Source: a virus (Duplodnaviria; Caudoviricetes). From it: a stretch of 58,984 nucleotides of DNA. The stretch spans positions 1 through 58,984 of IMG/VR virus record IMGVR_UViG_3300045741_000116; one strand, given 5' to 3'. Position 1 is the first letter of the stretch, and each line of letters starts with the position of its first letter. Below, piece by piece: positions 19,046 through 28,900 of this stretch. The translations under genes and the position numbers were made by a program. The notes below the pieces were generated by a model. It saw only the letters and a program-made list of their open reading frames with translations. It was not told where the DNA came from and ran no database searches.

Positions 19046-19428
19046 TATGCACCTACCGCCTTCATAGTTAAGAGGGCTTTGAGATCTGAGGCCGAGCCGC
19101 TAGTTGCTGTATAAACGATTCTGATCTCAGTTCCTGGCATCTCGTTGAGTTGGATGAGTAGTTCGCTGTCAGTACCAGAAATAGACATGGTAGTACCGAA
19201 GTCTACGTCGAACCAGGTGTCGTTATACTTAGTATTAGGCTGGGCAGGAGACTTAGACCCGTTACGAGACTGGAGTTTAAAGATACCTACAGGACCGGCA
19301 GTCCAACTCAGGTGAATAGAGGCTTTGTCAACTTGTTCTACGTTGGTAGAGACTGAGGTATTACTGGCGGACATATCGCCAGAGGCCTCGAACATGTTGT
19401 ACTGCGTTAGGACTGGTTTACGACCCAT
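19045..19428 (-). CDS. Small beta-sandwich virion protein (paralog family)
   Basis: WTAGPVGIF...WFDV...LNEM...RIVYTATSGS; AGGAG RBS. Confidence 0.75.
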   Translation of the reverse strand: MGRKPVLTQYNMFEASGDMSASNTSVSTNVEQVDKASIHLSWTAGPVGIFKLQSRNGSKSPAQPNTKYNDTWFDVDFGTTMSISGTDSELLIQLNEMPGTEIRIVYTATSGSASDLKALLTMKAVGA

Positions 19429-19478
19429 GAGATCTCCTTGTGGGCTAAGGCTTATGGCCTCGATTCAGAGGGTTAGCT

Positions 19479-19499
19479 CTAACTTAGTCATCCGCGCTT
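19479..19499 (-). promoter_or_regulatory. Putative late promoter motif, copy 1
   Basis: AAGCGC GGA TGACT AAGT TAG. Confidence 0.7.
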
Positions 19500-21771
19500 A
19501 CTTGCGGCGTCCGTGACGGTCAGCTTCTGCCGACTGGCTCATAGTTTGATAGGTAGAATTGTCTTTCCCTAATGATGACGTGCCTTTACGCTTCGGCGCA
19601 CCAGGGGCCTGTGGTGGGGGCTTAGGCAGGGGCTGAGCCATCAAGATAGACTGGGGAGTCATAGAAGAGTCTATAGGCTGCCCTAAAAACATAGATAAAG
19701 CGATCTTAGTCTTGTGGGGGATAAGCTCGCCGTCTGCTTCCTGGGTCATCATGGCATTGGATAGCTTACTAGCTAACTGGCCATACACACCGGGATACAT
19801 ACCACGGAGGTCCTGCATGTCTGTAGGCAGTAAGCTACCGTTCTTTACGTGCTCCATAACAACTAGCGGGTTCTGAGCTATGGTAAGAGCCCTCTGGTAC
19901 CGTGCCATCTCTGCGTCGGTAGGCGGGATTTCCTTGTCTAAAGGCCCTGGCTTGAACGGATGGGGCTTGATCTGCTGTAAGTACTGTAAGGCTTGAGTAG
20001 TGGCCTTGGTAAGCATGGCCTGCTGGTCTGGCATGTAATGGCTTAGCTCGCCGTTACTGACCTTACCGAGCTGGTCTGGGTTCTTGGTGTAATGATCTAC
20101 AACCTTGTCCATTTTGTCTAGGGAGGCTTGGCTAGGAATACTGATCTTAGACGCTCCGGACTTAAATACCGAGCCTGTAGCGTCTCCCATAGCCTTAGCG
20201 CCTTTAGCGACCATAGTAGCGTACTCTAAAGCTGATTTCATACCAGCTGGTGATATGGCTTTGTCCATGAGAGGCTTGAGTAAAGGCTTTAGAGCGTCAC
20301 TAATGACAGGGCCTAGGGCGTAAGTACCGGTCAAAGCTCCTAGAGCCTCACTACCAAGGGCGTGCCCGACACCAGTTCCAATGGCACCACCAATACCTTT
20401 ACCGGCTATCTTATGGAGCTCGGTAGCTACTAGGGCGTCAATGACCTTAGCTCCAGGACTCTCAGCTATATGCCCGTTTGGATAACCTACAGGTCTGGCA
20501 GCGTGGGATTTAGCCTCGTTGAACTGCATTTGAACTACGTCAGGACGGCCTAAAGTCTTGTAATCCCAGTCCTTTGGTGCGTATTCGTCTGCAAACTTAA
20601 GTCTTGCAGTCTCGTCCATATGTTTGCCATAGAGGTTAGGGAGCTTACCATTGATGTCAAAGGCGTCTAGCTTAGAGGCTTTCTTGTTCCACACTGCGTC
20701 ATCAACTAAGCGTTCACCACGACCCTTTTCAAGCGAGAACACGCTGACAAGCTCACCGTCAGGCTTGATAGCGTACCCAGACTTCTTGTCAGGGGACAAA
20801 TAAGTCTTCATACCAGTGTACTCTTCAGCTGCGTAAGGCGTGATATTGGCCTTATACATTGGATCTTTGTTCTCTAGAACCTTACCAATGGTCTTGTGGA
20901 ACTCCTCGTGCGGTACTTTCTCGTGGATTAAGGCTTCTGCTAAAGGCTTTTCTGCCTTGGTTCCTGCCGCAAGGGCTGCTTCTTCGGCAGCTGCTCCGCC
21001 ATTCTTTACGTAGTCTAGGCGGCCTTTCATTTGTTCTAGAATAGGTCCGACCTTCTTACCTACAGTGGCTTCCCAAAGTGGTGAGATGCTGCCTATAGCT
21101 GCTCCACCGACACCGCCCAGGGCTGCTGAAAGACCAATATTGGCAATGGCGCTCTGGGCAGACTGGTCTGGATCGTTGACAATCATCTTGGAGACTTCGT
21201 TACTGCCGCCCAGTAAAGCCATTTGGACTGCTTGGTCCACGGCTTCTGAAGCTACCTTAGCTCCAAACGTAGAGGCTTTACCTAATCCTGCAGCTTCTGA
21301 GGCTGCCTTACCTACTTTGGCTAAGACTTTGGCTTGACCTCCAGGTATGAACGAGCTACCTACAAAGCCTGCAGTTTCACCTGCGGCGTGGGTGATAGGG
21401 AAATCTTTCTCACGACGAAGCATGTCCTCAGGCTTAACACCAAATGCACGCTCAACAGCCGGTGCGATAGGTCCTGCTACGCCCTTACCTGCCCCTTCAA
21501 AGAAAGACTTAGTCTGTTCTATGCCGGACTCAGAGTCAGGTGTTACTTCGGAATCAGGTACGATGCTGCCTGGCGCGTCTGAAAGGACTTGGTCTGCGGG
21601 GATAATAGGTCCACCCTCAGCATAGTACTCACAGTCAGGCTGGTGCATACCACCTGTAGCGCAGAGGCTTAGAACCTCTCCGCCTTCGGCCATACCACCG
21701 TAGCACCGACAGTTGGGATGCGGCATACCGTGGGACTTACAGTTGGGGTTAAGACAGGGTTTGTCTGAAAT
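19498..21771 (-). CDS. Ejection (internal virion) protein with Cys/His N-terminus, AEGG motifs and GNAT-like insert; probable ATT start at 21771 (first ATG 21726)
   Basis: Ala/Gly-rich hydrophobic helices; follows two other ejection-type genes; GAGGT-N4-ATT. Confidence 0.7.
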   Translation of the reverse strand: MSDKPCLNPNCKSHGMPHPNCRCYGGMAEGGEVLSLCATGGMHQPDCEYYAEGGPIIPADQVLSDAPGSIVPDSEVTPDSESGIEQTKSFFEGAGKGVAGPIAPAVERAFGVKPEDMLRREKDFPITHAAGETAGFVGSSFIPGGQAKVLAKVGKAASEAAGLGKASTFGAKVASEAVDQAVQMALLGGSNEVSKMIVNDPDQSAQSAIANIGLSAALGGVGGAAIGSISPLWEATVGKKVGPILEQMKGRLDYVKNGGAAAEEAALAAGTKAEKPLAEALIHEKVPHEEFHKTIGKVLENKDPMYKANITPYAAEEYTGMKTYLSPDKKSGYAIKPDGELVSVFSLEKGRGERLVDDAVWNKKASKLDAFDINGKLPNLYGKHMDETARLKFADEYAPKDWDYKTLGRPDVVQMQFNEAKSHAARPVGYPNGHIAESPGAKVIDALVATELHKIAGKGIGGAIGTGVGHALGSEALGALTGTYALGPVISDALKPLLKPLMDKAISPAGMKSALEYATMVAKGAKAMGDATGSVFKSGASKISIPSQASLDKMDKVVDHYTKNPDQLGKVSNGELSHYMPDQQAMLTKATTQALQYLQQIKPHPFKPGPLDKEIPPTDAEMARYQRALTIAQNPLVVMEHVKNGSLLPTDMQDLRGMYPGVYGQLASKLSNAMMTQEADGELIPHKTKIALSMFLGQPIDSSMTPQSILMAQPLPKPPPQAPGAPKRKGTSSLGKDNSTYQTMSQSAEADRHGRRK

Positions 21772-21780
21772 AACTACCTC

Positions 21781-24162
21781 TTAGCGTCTGCGCCAGTGAC
21801 CGTTGCTAAACACGATTGGGTTACCGTTGGAGTCCTTACCAGTCTGGCCTTCTTTATACATAGGCGCCTGCTGTGGCTTAGCAGCCAAAGGAAGTCCGTG
21901 TTGTCCAATCAAAGTATTGTACCTAGCATGGTTACTTTCTACCATCTCATTCAGTCTAGCAGTATTTCCCAGTAATTGTGGAATAATATCTGTAGGAGTT
22001 TTCTTGAACTGCTCGTCGTACCAAGCCAAACGACCTTCTGTAAGAGCTCCGCCCTTGATAGAGTCGTTGTAGAAGTTCTTCATTTCTTCTACTTTTTGCT
22101 GTACTACCGCACGTTTAGACGGATTCATAGTGCCTGAGTTCTGTCTAATGAAGTTCAGTAGGTCTCGACCTTTATCGTCAAGGACCTTCATAGCCGTGAT
22201 CTGGCCTCGGACGTCCGCCGATACCGGAATCTTAGCGACTCCGACGTTAGGAACGATCTTGGACTCAAGGTTGTTAGCGATATCGTTCTGACCGTTCATT
22301 CGAAGCATTTGGACTTGCTGAGCTGCAACCATTGGATCGTCAGCTGGGTGAGTCATTACAGAACGCATCATCATTTGCATTTGAAGCTCATAGTTTTGCT
22401 TATGGAGCTGTGACATAGCCATTTGTGCCTGTGCTTGAGCTTGTGGACCTGCTGCTTTAGCTGCTGCGAGGTTGATCTTATTGGCTACGGCATCGTTCAT
22501 CATGATACGAGTCATGTCTTGTGCGTCTCTAAGATTATGGAATTGCTGAAGATTCGCGCTCAACAGGTTTTGTTTAGATGAAAGATTGGCTTTCTGAGCG
22601 TCAATGGAACGGTCAATCTGCTTGTTAAGGAACTCCATAGCAGCGTTAGGGCTAGCTGTGGGGTTAAAACCAGCTATGATCATACCGATACCAGCTAGGA
22701 GACGACTGTGAGAGCCGTTGCCGTTAGCGTCGCCGGTCCAGTACTTGTCTGGATCAATGTGGCCGTTCTTAATATCTTCGATATGAGCCTGGCGTTCTTG
22801 CTCCAAAGCCTGGTATCTGTTCTTGAAGTCTTGGGCAGCAGTTGCTTGGGCTTGAGCCTGCTCTTCGTAGGCCTTTTGCTGTTGGATGGCTTGTGCTTCC
22901 TGAGACTTAGCCATTCCTTGAATGCTCTGTTGAGCCAAAGGAAAGATACTGTTCATGCTCTGCTGCATGTCAGGTGTGCCAGACTTCTTAGGAGCAGGTA
23001 TTGCCGCAGCCTTCTCTTGAGCTGCCTTGGCTTCCCCTTCAGCTTTAGCTGCCTGGGCTTCTGCCTCTAGCTTAGCCGCTTTAGCTAAGTCCTCAGAAGA
23101 AGGAGGAAGTTTGGCAGCGTTAGCAGCCATTTCCTTCTCCATAAGCTGCTGTGGAGACAATCGCTCAGGTGGCGGAGGAGCTGGCATGTTCTCAGACCCA
23201 GGGTTAACACCTGAGGGTCCCATAGTCATAGGCATGCCCGAAGGTTGAAAGTCAGGTGCAGGAGCTTGTTCTGCAGGCTGAACGTCGTCAGTTCCTTCAG
23301 CGTACTCACGTACTTCACCGCCGCCAGCAAAGCCAGAGGCCTTAAGTGTTGGTACGGCAGGCTTAATCATTTGACCGATCTCGTCTACTTGCTGAGCAAT
23401 AGGTGGCTGCGCAGGAGCCGGCTTAGGTTGCATAGCAGCCTTTGCAGCTGCTCTAGCTTCTCTGGCTGCGTTTACCTTGGCTGCGATCTCAGCTTGTTTC
23501 TTTTCACCGCTAATCAGCATCTTTTGGGCCTGCATGATCTCTCGGTCCAAGCCCTTTTGAGCTACTGGGCTGAGTACCATGCGGCTAGCCTGTTGGCCTA
23601 CTTTACCGATGCTTCCCGCCATATTAGCTGCGTTCATAGCAGCGTCTCTACGTTCCTGGGCAGTCATTTGACCGCCTGCGATAGTTTCAAGGTAGTCAGC
23701 GGCTGTGGGCTCGTACATAATACTGCCCATCTTATCTTTAAGTATCTTGGACTGGTAATCATTGTAGGCGTCATTAGCAGGGTCCATATCAGCTGCAGGA
23801 CCTGTGCCTACCTTCTGAGGAGGCTGAACCATTGGTGCATTAGGGTCAATACCACGCATAGGGTCTGGGTTCTGCATCAACTGGTCACGCTGGATCTGTT
23901 GACCTACTGCTGACTGAGCTGGCTCGATGTCTCCACCGTCTGCCAACATTTGTTTGTCTTCTTTGGCTTCTGCTTTGTCTGTAGGCTTCTTGCTGGAGTT
24001 TGCTGCTTGGGCTAAGGCCGCGAGCTGAGCCTGGGTGTCTTTACTCAAAGGCTTGGTAGCCAAAGTAAGTAGATGCCCATCCCTGTGCTGCAGGGTGTGA
24101 GACTTATCGTCTGATTTCACATGCTTGAACTGCTTTAAGTCTAGTGCTATGCGGCCAGCCAT
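21781..24162 (-). CDS. Large ejection (internal virion) protein
   Basis: Gln/Ala-rich helical, low-complexity; podovirus ejectosome position. Confidence 0.7.
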   Translation of the reverse strand: MAGRIALDLKQFKHVKSDDKSHTLQHRDGHLLTLATKPLSKDTQAQLAALAQAANSSKKPTDKAEAKEDKQMLADGGDIEPAQSAVGQQIQRDQLMQNPDPMRGIDPNAPMVQPPQKVGTGPAADMDPANDAYNDYQSKILKDKMGSIMYEPTAADYLETIAGGQMTAQERRDAAMNAANMAGSIGKVGQQASRMVLSPVAQKGLDREIMQAQKMLISGEKKQAEIAAKVNAAREARAAAKAAMQPKPAPAQPPIAQQVDEIGQMIKPAVPTLKASGFAGGGEVREYAEGTDDVQPAEQAPAPDFQPSGMPMTMGPSGVNPGSENMPAPPPPERLSPQQLMEKEMAANAAKLPPSSEDLAKAAKLEAEAQAAKAEGEAKAAQEKAAAIPAPKKSGTPDMQQSMNSIFPLAQQSIQGMAKSQEAQAIQQQKAYEEQAQAQATAAQDFKNRYQALEQERQAHIEDIKNGHIDPDKYWTGDANGNGSHSRLLAGIGMIIAGFNPTASPNAAMEFLNKQIDRSIDAQKANLSSKQNLLSANLQQFHNLRDAQDMTRIMMNDAVANKINLAAAKAAGPQAQAQAQMAMSQLHKQNYELQMQMMMRSVMTHPADDPMVAAQQVQMLRMNGQNDIANNLESKIVPNVGVAKIPVSADVRGQITAMKVLDDKGRDLLNFIRQNSGTMNPSKRAVVQQKVEEMKNFYNDSIKGGALTEGRLAWYDEQFKKTPTDIIPQLLGNTARLNEMVESNHARYNTLIGQHGLPLAAKPQQAPMYKEGQTGKDSNGNPIVFSNGHWRRR

Positions 24163-24163
24163 G

Positions 24164-25429
24164 TTATTTACCTTTTTTAAGAGCTTGTTCTCTCATTATC
24201 TTAGCAACGAAAGCGTGCGCGGCCCAGTGAGGATGTTTAGCTTGTGTAACTGAGCGAGGGAGTACGATTCCACCCTCTTCCAATGTCTTAGGTACTGTGT
24301 CATTGGCGTATGAGTTCTTAGCGCCCTTGACTTTAGGTTTACCTGGGATCTTCTCGCCAGCTTCCATTGGGTCTTTCTTACCTTCAACAACCTTCTTAAC
24401 CTCTTTAGGTGGAAGGTAGCGCTCGCCGGGGGATACCATGGCTGGTACTTCCTTGTGAACTTTACCGCCTTTGGCGAACATTTGGCCAACTCTAGATCTA
24501 GGACCTTGCATCCCTTGCTGGGTAACTCGTCCGCCTTCAGCAGCTACTGCGAAGTTCGACCCGCTCTCAACTGGTGAAGGTTGACTGAAGTCCATAGTTG
24601 GGGCAGTCTCACCTTGCTGGGGCTGCAGGGTGCTCATATCAAAGCCACCTGCGTTAGAGGCGTTGTCCATATATGTCTGGCCGGCAGAAGGAGTTCCTTG
24701 CTGACCGCCAAATAGTTTGCCGGGAATAAGCTGAAGGGCAGAGCCAATAGCTCCGTTAACATTAGCGTCAAGGTTAGCCTGGCGCCCAGCGTTAGTTTGG
24801 TTATTAGCCATCTGCTGCTGTGCGTTCTGGAGCTGGGCTTGGTTGACCTGGTTCTGACCATTGAGGAGCTGTTGCTGACCTTGGAGGGCTGAGTTCGTAT
24901 ACATTTGGTTGCCCTGAAGGAGCTGGTTAGCCTGTTGTCCTGCGATGTTACCCTGCTGGCCTAAAGCTGCCAACGATTGCTGAGCTTGGAGAGCGGCTGC
25001 TTGTCCAGCCATAGACTGTTGGTTCAAGGCACCTTGCTGGGCGGCCTGACGGGCTATAAGGCCTACGTTTTGTCCTGCTCCACGTTGTCCGGCCATGAGT
25101 GCAGCTTGATTGGCAGTGTTCGCGCCAGTGGCGTTTGCTAGCATTGCCTGAGCTGGATTTGGTCCCTGGCCTGACGCCACATTACCCAGCTGATTAAACA
25201 CCTGGGACTGGTTCTGAAGAGCGTTCTGAGCTGTAAGGTTATTCACCAGGTTTTGCTGGTTAGTCATGCCTTGGTTGACATGCTGGAGGTTCTGAGCGTA
25301 CTGAGCTGGGTTCACATAATTCGTAGGAGGTGCCTCTATAGCACCAGGTTGTGACTTTTTGGCGTTAGAAGCGTTAATCGCTCCGCCTACGACTCCTACT
25401 GCTGCCCCGGCTACTGCTGCCCAACTCAT
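24164..25429 (-). CDS. Ejection/pilot protein with C-terminal FAKGG...VPAMVSPGE domain
   Basis: N-terminal MSWAAVAGAAVGVVGG and Gln-rich body typical of DNA pilot proteins. Confidence 0.7.
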   Translation of the reverse strand: MSWAAVAGAAVGVVGGAINASNAKKSQPGAIEAPPTNYVNPAQYAQNLQHVNQGMTNQQNLVNNLTAQNALQNQSQVFNQLGNVASGQGPNPAQAMLANATGANTANQAALMAGQRGAGQNVGLIARQAAQQGALNQQSMAGQAAALQAQQSLAALGQQGNIAGQQANQLLQGNQMYTNSALQGQQQLLNGQNQVNQAQLQNAQQQMANNQTNAGRQANLDANVNGAIGSALQLIPGKLFGGQQGTPSAGQTYMDNASNAGGFDMSTLQPQQGETAPTMDFSQPSPVESGSNFAVAAEGGRVTQQGMQGPRSRVGQMFAKGGKVHKEVPAMVSPGERYLPPKEVKKVVEGKKDPMEAGEKIPGKPKVKGAKNSYANDTVPKTLEEGGIVLPRSVTQAKHPHWAAHAFVAKIMREQALKKGK

Positions 25430-25908
25430 TTAGATGCCTCCTTGATTTGCAAGATCTGCTGTGCGGTCAACTGGACCTCATCATAGGTCTTTGCAATCAA
25501 CTGTTCTTCGAGTTTAACTAAGTCTTTCTCGTTACTTGCGTGGATTGTAGTCCAGATAGTGTCTTCGAGTGCGTACCCTACGCGCTTAGTGCCTGGGTAG
25601 GATACCATGGTGAAGGGGGCTGATACTTCTTTCATACCGGCCTCGGTCCATACGATGATACGGCCCTTACTAACGATATTTATGTGCTCTGTCTTGTGAA
25701 TCTTACCGGTGAGGATGGTTCCGGCAGGAATGTGGAGCTCCCGCGCGTAGAGCCCTTCAGCGAAATGATGGTTAGTAACCATCTCGATCTGAGGCAGTTT
25801 AGCGATCTCTTGCTCTATCTTGTCGATTTTACTACGTAATCCGTCACCATCGTCGATAAGCGCCTGGCTAACTGGTACTATGATTTCATTTTGTGCAATA
25901 GAACTCAC
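25426..25908 (-). CDS. Cupin-fold protein
   Basis: HHFAEGLYARELHIPAGTILTGKIHKTEH...PGTKR...DTIWTTIH. Confidence 0.75.
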   Translation of the reverse strand: MSSIAQNEIIVPVSQALIDDGDGLRSKIDKIEQEIAKLPQIEMVTNHHFAEGLYARELHIPAGTILTGKIHKTEHINIVSKGRIIVWTEAGMKEVSAPFTMVSYPGTKRVGYALEDTIWTTIHASNEKDLVKLEEQLIAKTYDEVQLTAQQILQIKEASK

Positions 25909-25950
25909 CAGTTAATCTCCTGAAAAGAAGGGAAGAAGGCGCTACCTTCC

Positions 25951-25971
25951 CTACAATAGTCATGAGCGCTA
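25951..25971 (-). promoter_or_regulatory. Putative late promoter motif, copy 2
   Basis: TAGCGC TCA TGACT ATTG TAG. Confidence 0.7.
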
Positions 25972-25974
25972 CTA

Positions 25975-28900
25975 TCAACCGAACTGGCGACTAGCCCGTT
26001 GAGTTCTGTAGCCTTTCTTGACTCCAACTGTGAGATTTACACCACTTATGGCTATTCCAGCGCCTGCTGCTACCCCTAGGCTAGGGTCGTAGATCTCGTT
26101 CACTGTTACTTGGAAGGAGCTACACTTCTGGATCTGTGGGAATAGCTGGGCTTCAAAGGCGTTGGCAGGGCCTCCCCATACGCTTCCGGCACCCCATAAG
26201 GTATCTCCGCCGTAAACAGGTGAGAAGTTGTCCTGACTAACTGAGATGTTCTGGCTAAAAGATGAGTTATAGTCGTAGGCCAGCTGTACTGCTAGTTTAA
26301 AGGGAGTAAAGTAAGTGCCTAGAAGGTGCAGGAAGTAGAACCTCTCATAGCCTTGAAGGCCTGCTATATTGATCCAAGCAGTTGTGAAAGACATAAGAAC
26401 AGGGTTTGACCCGTCCAGGTATGTTCCGGGCGTTTCTTGGAACACCGAGCCTAAAGAGCTCAGGTATGTATGCTGTCCCTGCCATAATAACGCAGAGATA
26501 GCCGAAATATTAGAGAAAGTTGCCCATTGGTCGTAATAATAGTCGTACATCAGGGTAATACCACTGCTCATTATGAAGCGAACTTGATTTGTCCCTTCAA
26601 TAGCTGTAGCACTAGTAACTGTGTCGCTGTTGTACTTCTCTACTGGGGCTCCAATATACTTAGTTTCTAGGTTTCTGCCTAGGAGCCATATACCTTTCTC
26701 AGATTGGAACATTATCCCCATTGGGGTTAATACCACTGAGCTAGGGTTAGTTGTTCCTACTGACGAAGTTATGTACACAGGCTCGCTGAAGTCGTTGTTT
26801 GCTCCTGTATTGTCAGGACCTTTACCTGTCAGGTAGTACATAGCTGCCTTCTTGAACATGATGAGCTTGTCATCCATGGCAGAAAGAGCTGTCAAAGGGC
26901 CTGTAGAGCCTTGGGCACCTGAGGTAGGGGACACGTAGATAGTGAACAGGTCTGAGAACTCGACGGGGGTGTTCTCAATGACTTGTTTGCTATACCACAT
27001 TAGATTCTGGTCTTCCGCGTCAATGACAAACATCCTGTTTTGATACAGGCAGCTATGGATTGAAGCCGGGGCTGCAATATTCTCGACTATCCCGCCTGTG
27101 GTATAAAGGAGGGTGTTACCGAGTATGGCGCTATCTGCCTGGGTATCTGTGAACGTCACGCTGTCAACTGTAGGGTCGTTCAGTGTAGGGCTAGCCAGGC
27201 TTGTGAACTGGTAATAGGTCTGCTGAGCGGCACTCCAACGATAACCTACGATGCGGATAGGGTTAGGAGATACCTTGTAAGTAAGCCTAAGTGTTGGAAC
27301 TTGCAAGGTAATAGAACTTGTACTGCCAGTCGTAGCTGATCCTACAGGGATTGAAGGAGCAGATCTGTGGAGGTTTCCAGCGTTGTCTGTCCACTCGTAA
27401 GTGAACTGGTAGTAATACGTAGAGGCTGCCATGCTACCGCCGGTAGTTGAGGCAGTAAGTCCTATGTTCTCAGGATAGAGGTGGAAGCCATGCTCGACTG
27501 GCTTAACACCATCGAACTCCCATACCTGGCCTCCAGTTAAGTGGAGGGCTCCAGCTATCTCTGAGCTGTACTGACCAGTTTGGTTAATACTGAATTTTGC
27601 TAAGGAAATACCTGTTTGGGTATAGATAGCGTTAACTGGTGTTCCACCAGGGAGCCCTGTACCCTTATTTACTGTGGCTAGGAAATCATTGAGCAAGTAT
27701 GGAACGTAATTTGTCCCATTTAGGACACTTATCGTAGGCAGCACAAAGGATCTAGCGTACCCGCCTGCGTTGGTAGCGGCTAGGCGCATGTAGACATGGC
27801 CTGAGCTGTCCATAAGGAAGTAGGTAGGCTCGTTGGTGGCTGACGTTCCGGTCTGAGTTGTTAACCCGTAAGCTGTCAGAAAATAGATCTTACTGTCTTG
27901 GAAGAAGGGCTTAGAAGCCAGTCCGACTGACCTAGCTACAATCGTTTGACTGCTTACTGATCCAGCTATACTAACGGTTTTAGACGCGACGTAGTCTGTC
28001 CTAGCGTTAGGGGAATAGCTGTAAGTATTCGTAACTTGATACAAAGCAGTCATTATGTTGCTGTTAATCGCCATTGTCAGTTCATTTATCGTTGTGCTAG
28101 TAATGAACTGAGTAGGAGCCAGTGCTGGAACTGCGTTGAGGTTGGCGTTGTAGGCTGTTGTAAAGGCGTTACCGCTGCCTGACTGCCAGTAGCTAGCCCA
28201 TATGGTAGGCGTTGGTGTAGACTCGTCTGCCGCAACTGATACCAGTTGGCTCACTGAAGCCGCTAAGTTACGCGCCACAGACTGATTCAGGATTACGTCC
28301 ATGTACCTTAGTCTGGTATTGCCGTTACCGCTCCAGATCAAATACAAACGGTTATTGGCTACTATACCGTCATGCGCTGAGGTAGCTGAAGTAAGGCCTG
28401 TGTCGATGTCTACCGCGCTAGTTACTGTAGTCGGAGCGTTAGTAGAGATAGCGATGTACTGGAAATGGTTAGACCCGCCAACTATAGCCGTGAAAGTAAT
28501 AATGAAGTAGCCGCCTAATAGGAAAGCTCTCGGGTTAGATGAGTTAGTAGGCAAAAGAGTCCTAGGAACGATCTGCTGGCCTGTACGGCTGTCTGAGATC
28601 TGGTAGGCCGCTGCACCTGCGTCTACGTATACCAAGCACACTAGGCCTGAGTCTGCTACAGCAGCGTCTGGGCTAGTCTGGTTGCTGCCTGTACGAACCA
28701 GGGACAAGGTGTCTAGGGACACTGGTTGGATCGTACCTTTGTCTACCCACATGTCTGTATCTTGACTGTAGGCGTATAGGTCGGAGCCTGTAGCTAACAG
28801 GTTATCATTAAGCTTGGTAAGGGTAGTCTGGGCTGTGTTTGGAAGAGTAGTAACGTTCTTAAAGCCGTTACGTTTCGTTAAACGGCCCGTAGTATCGAAT

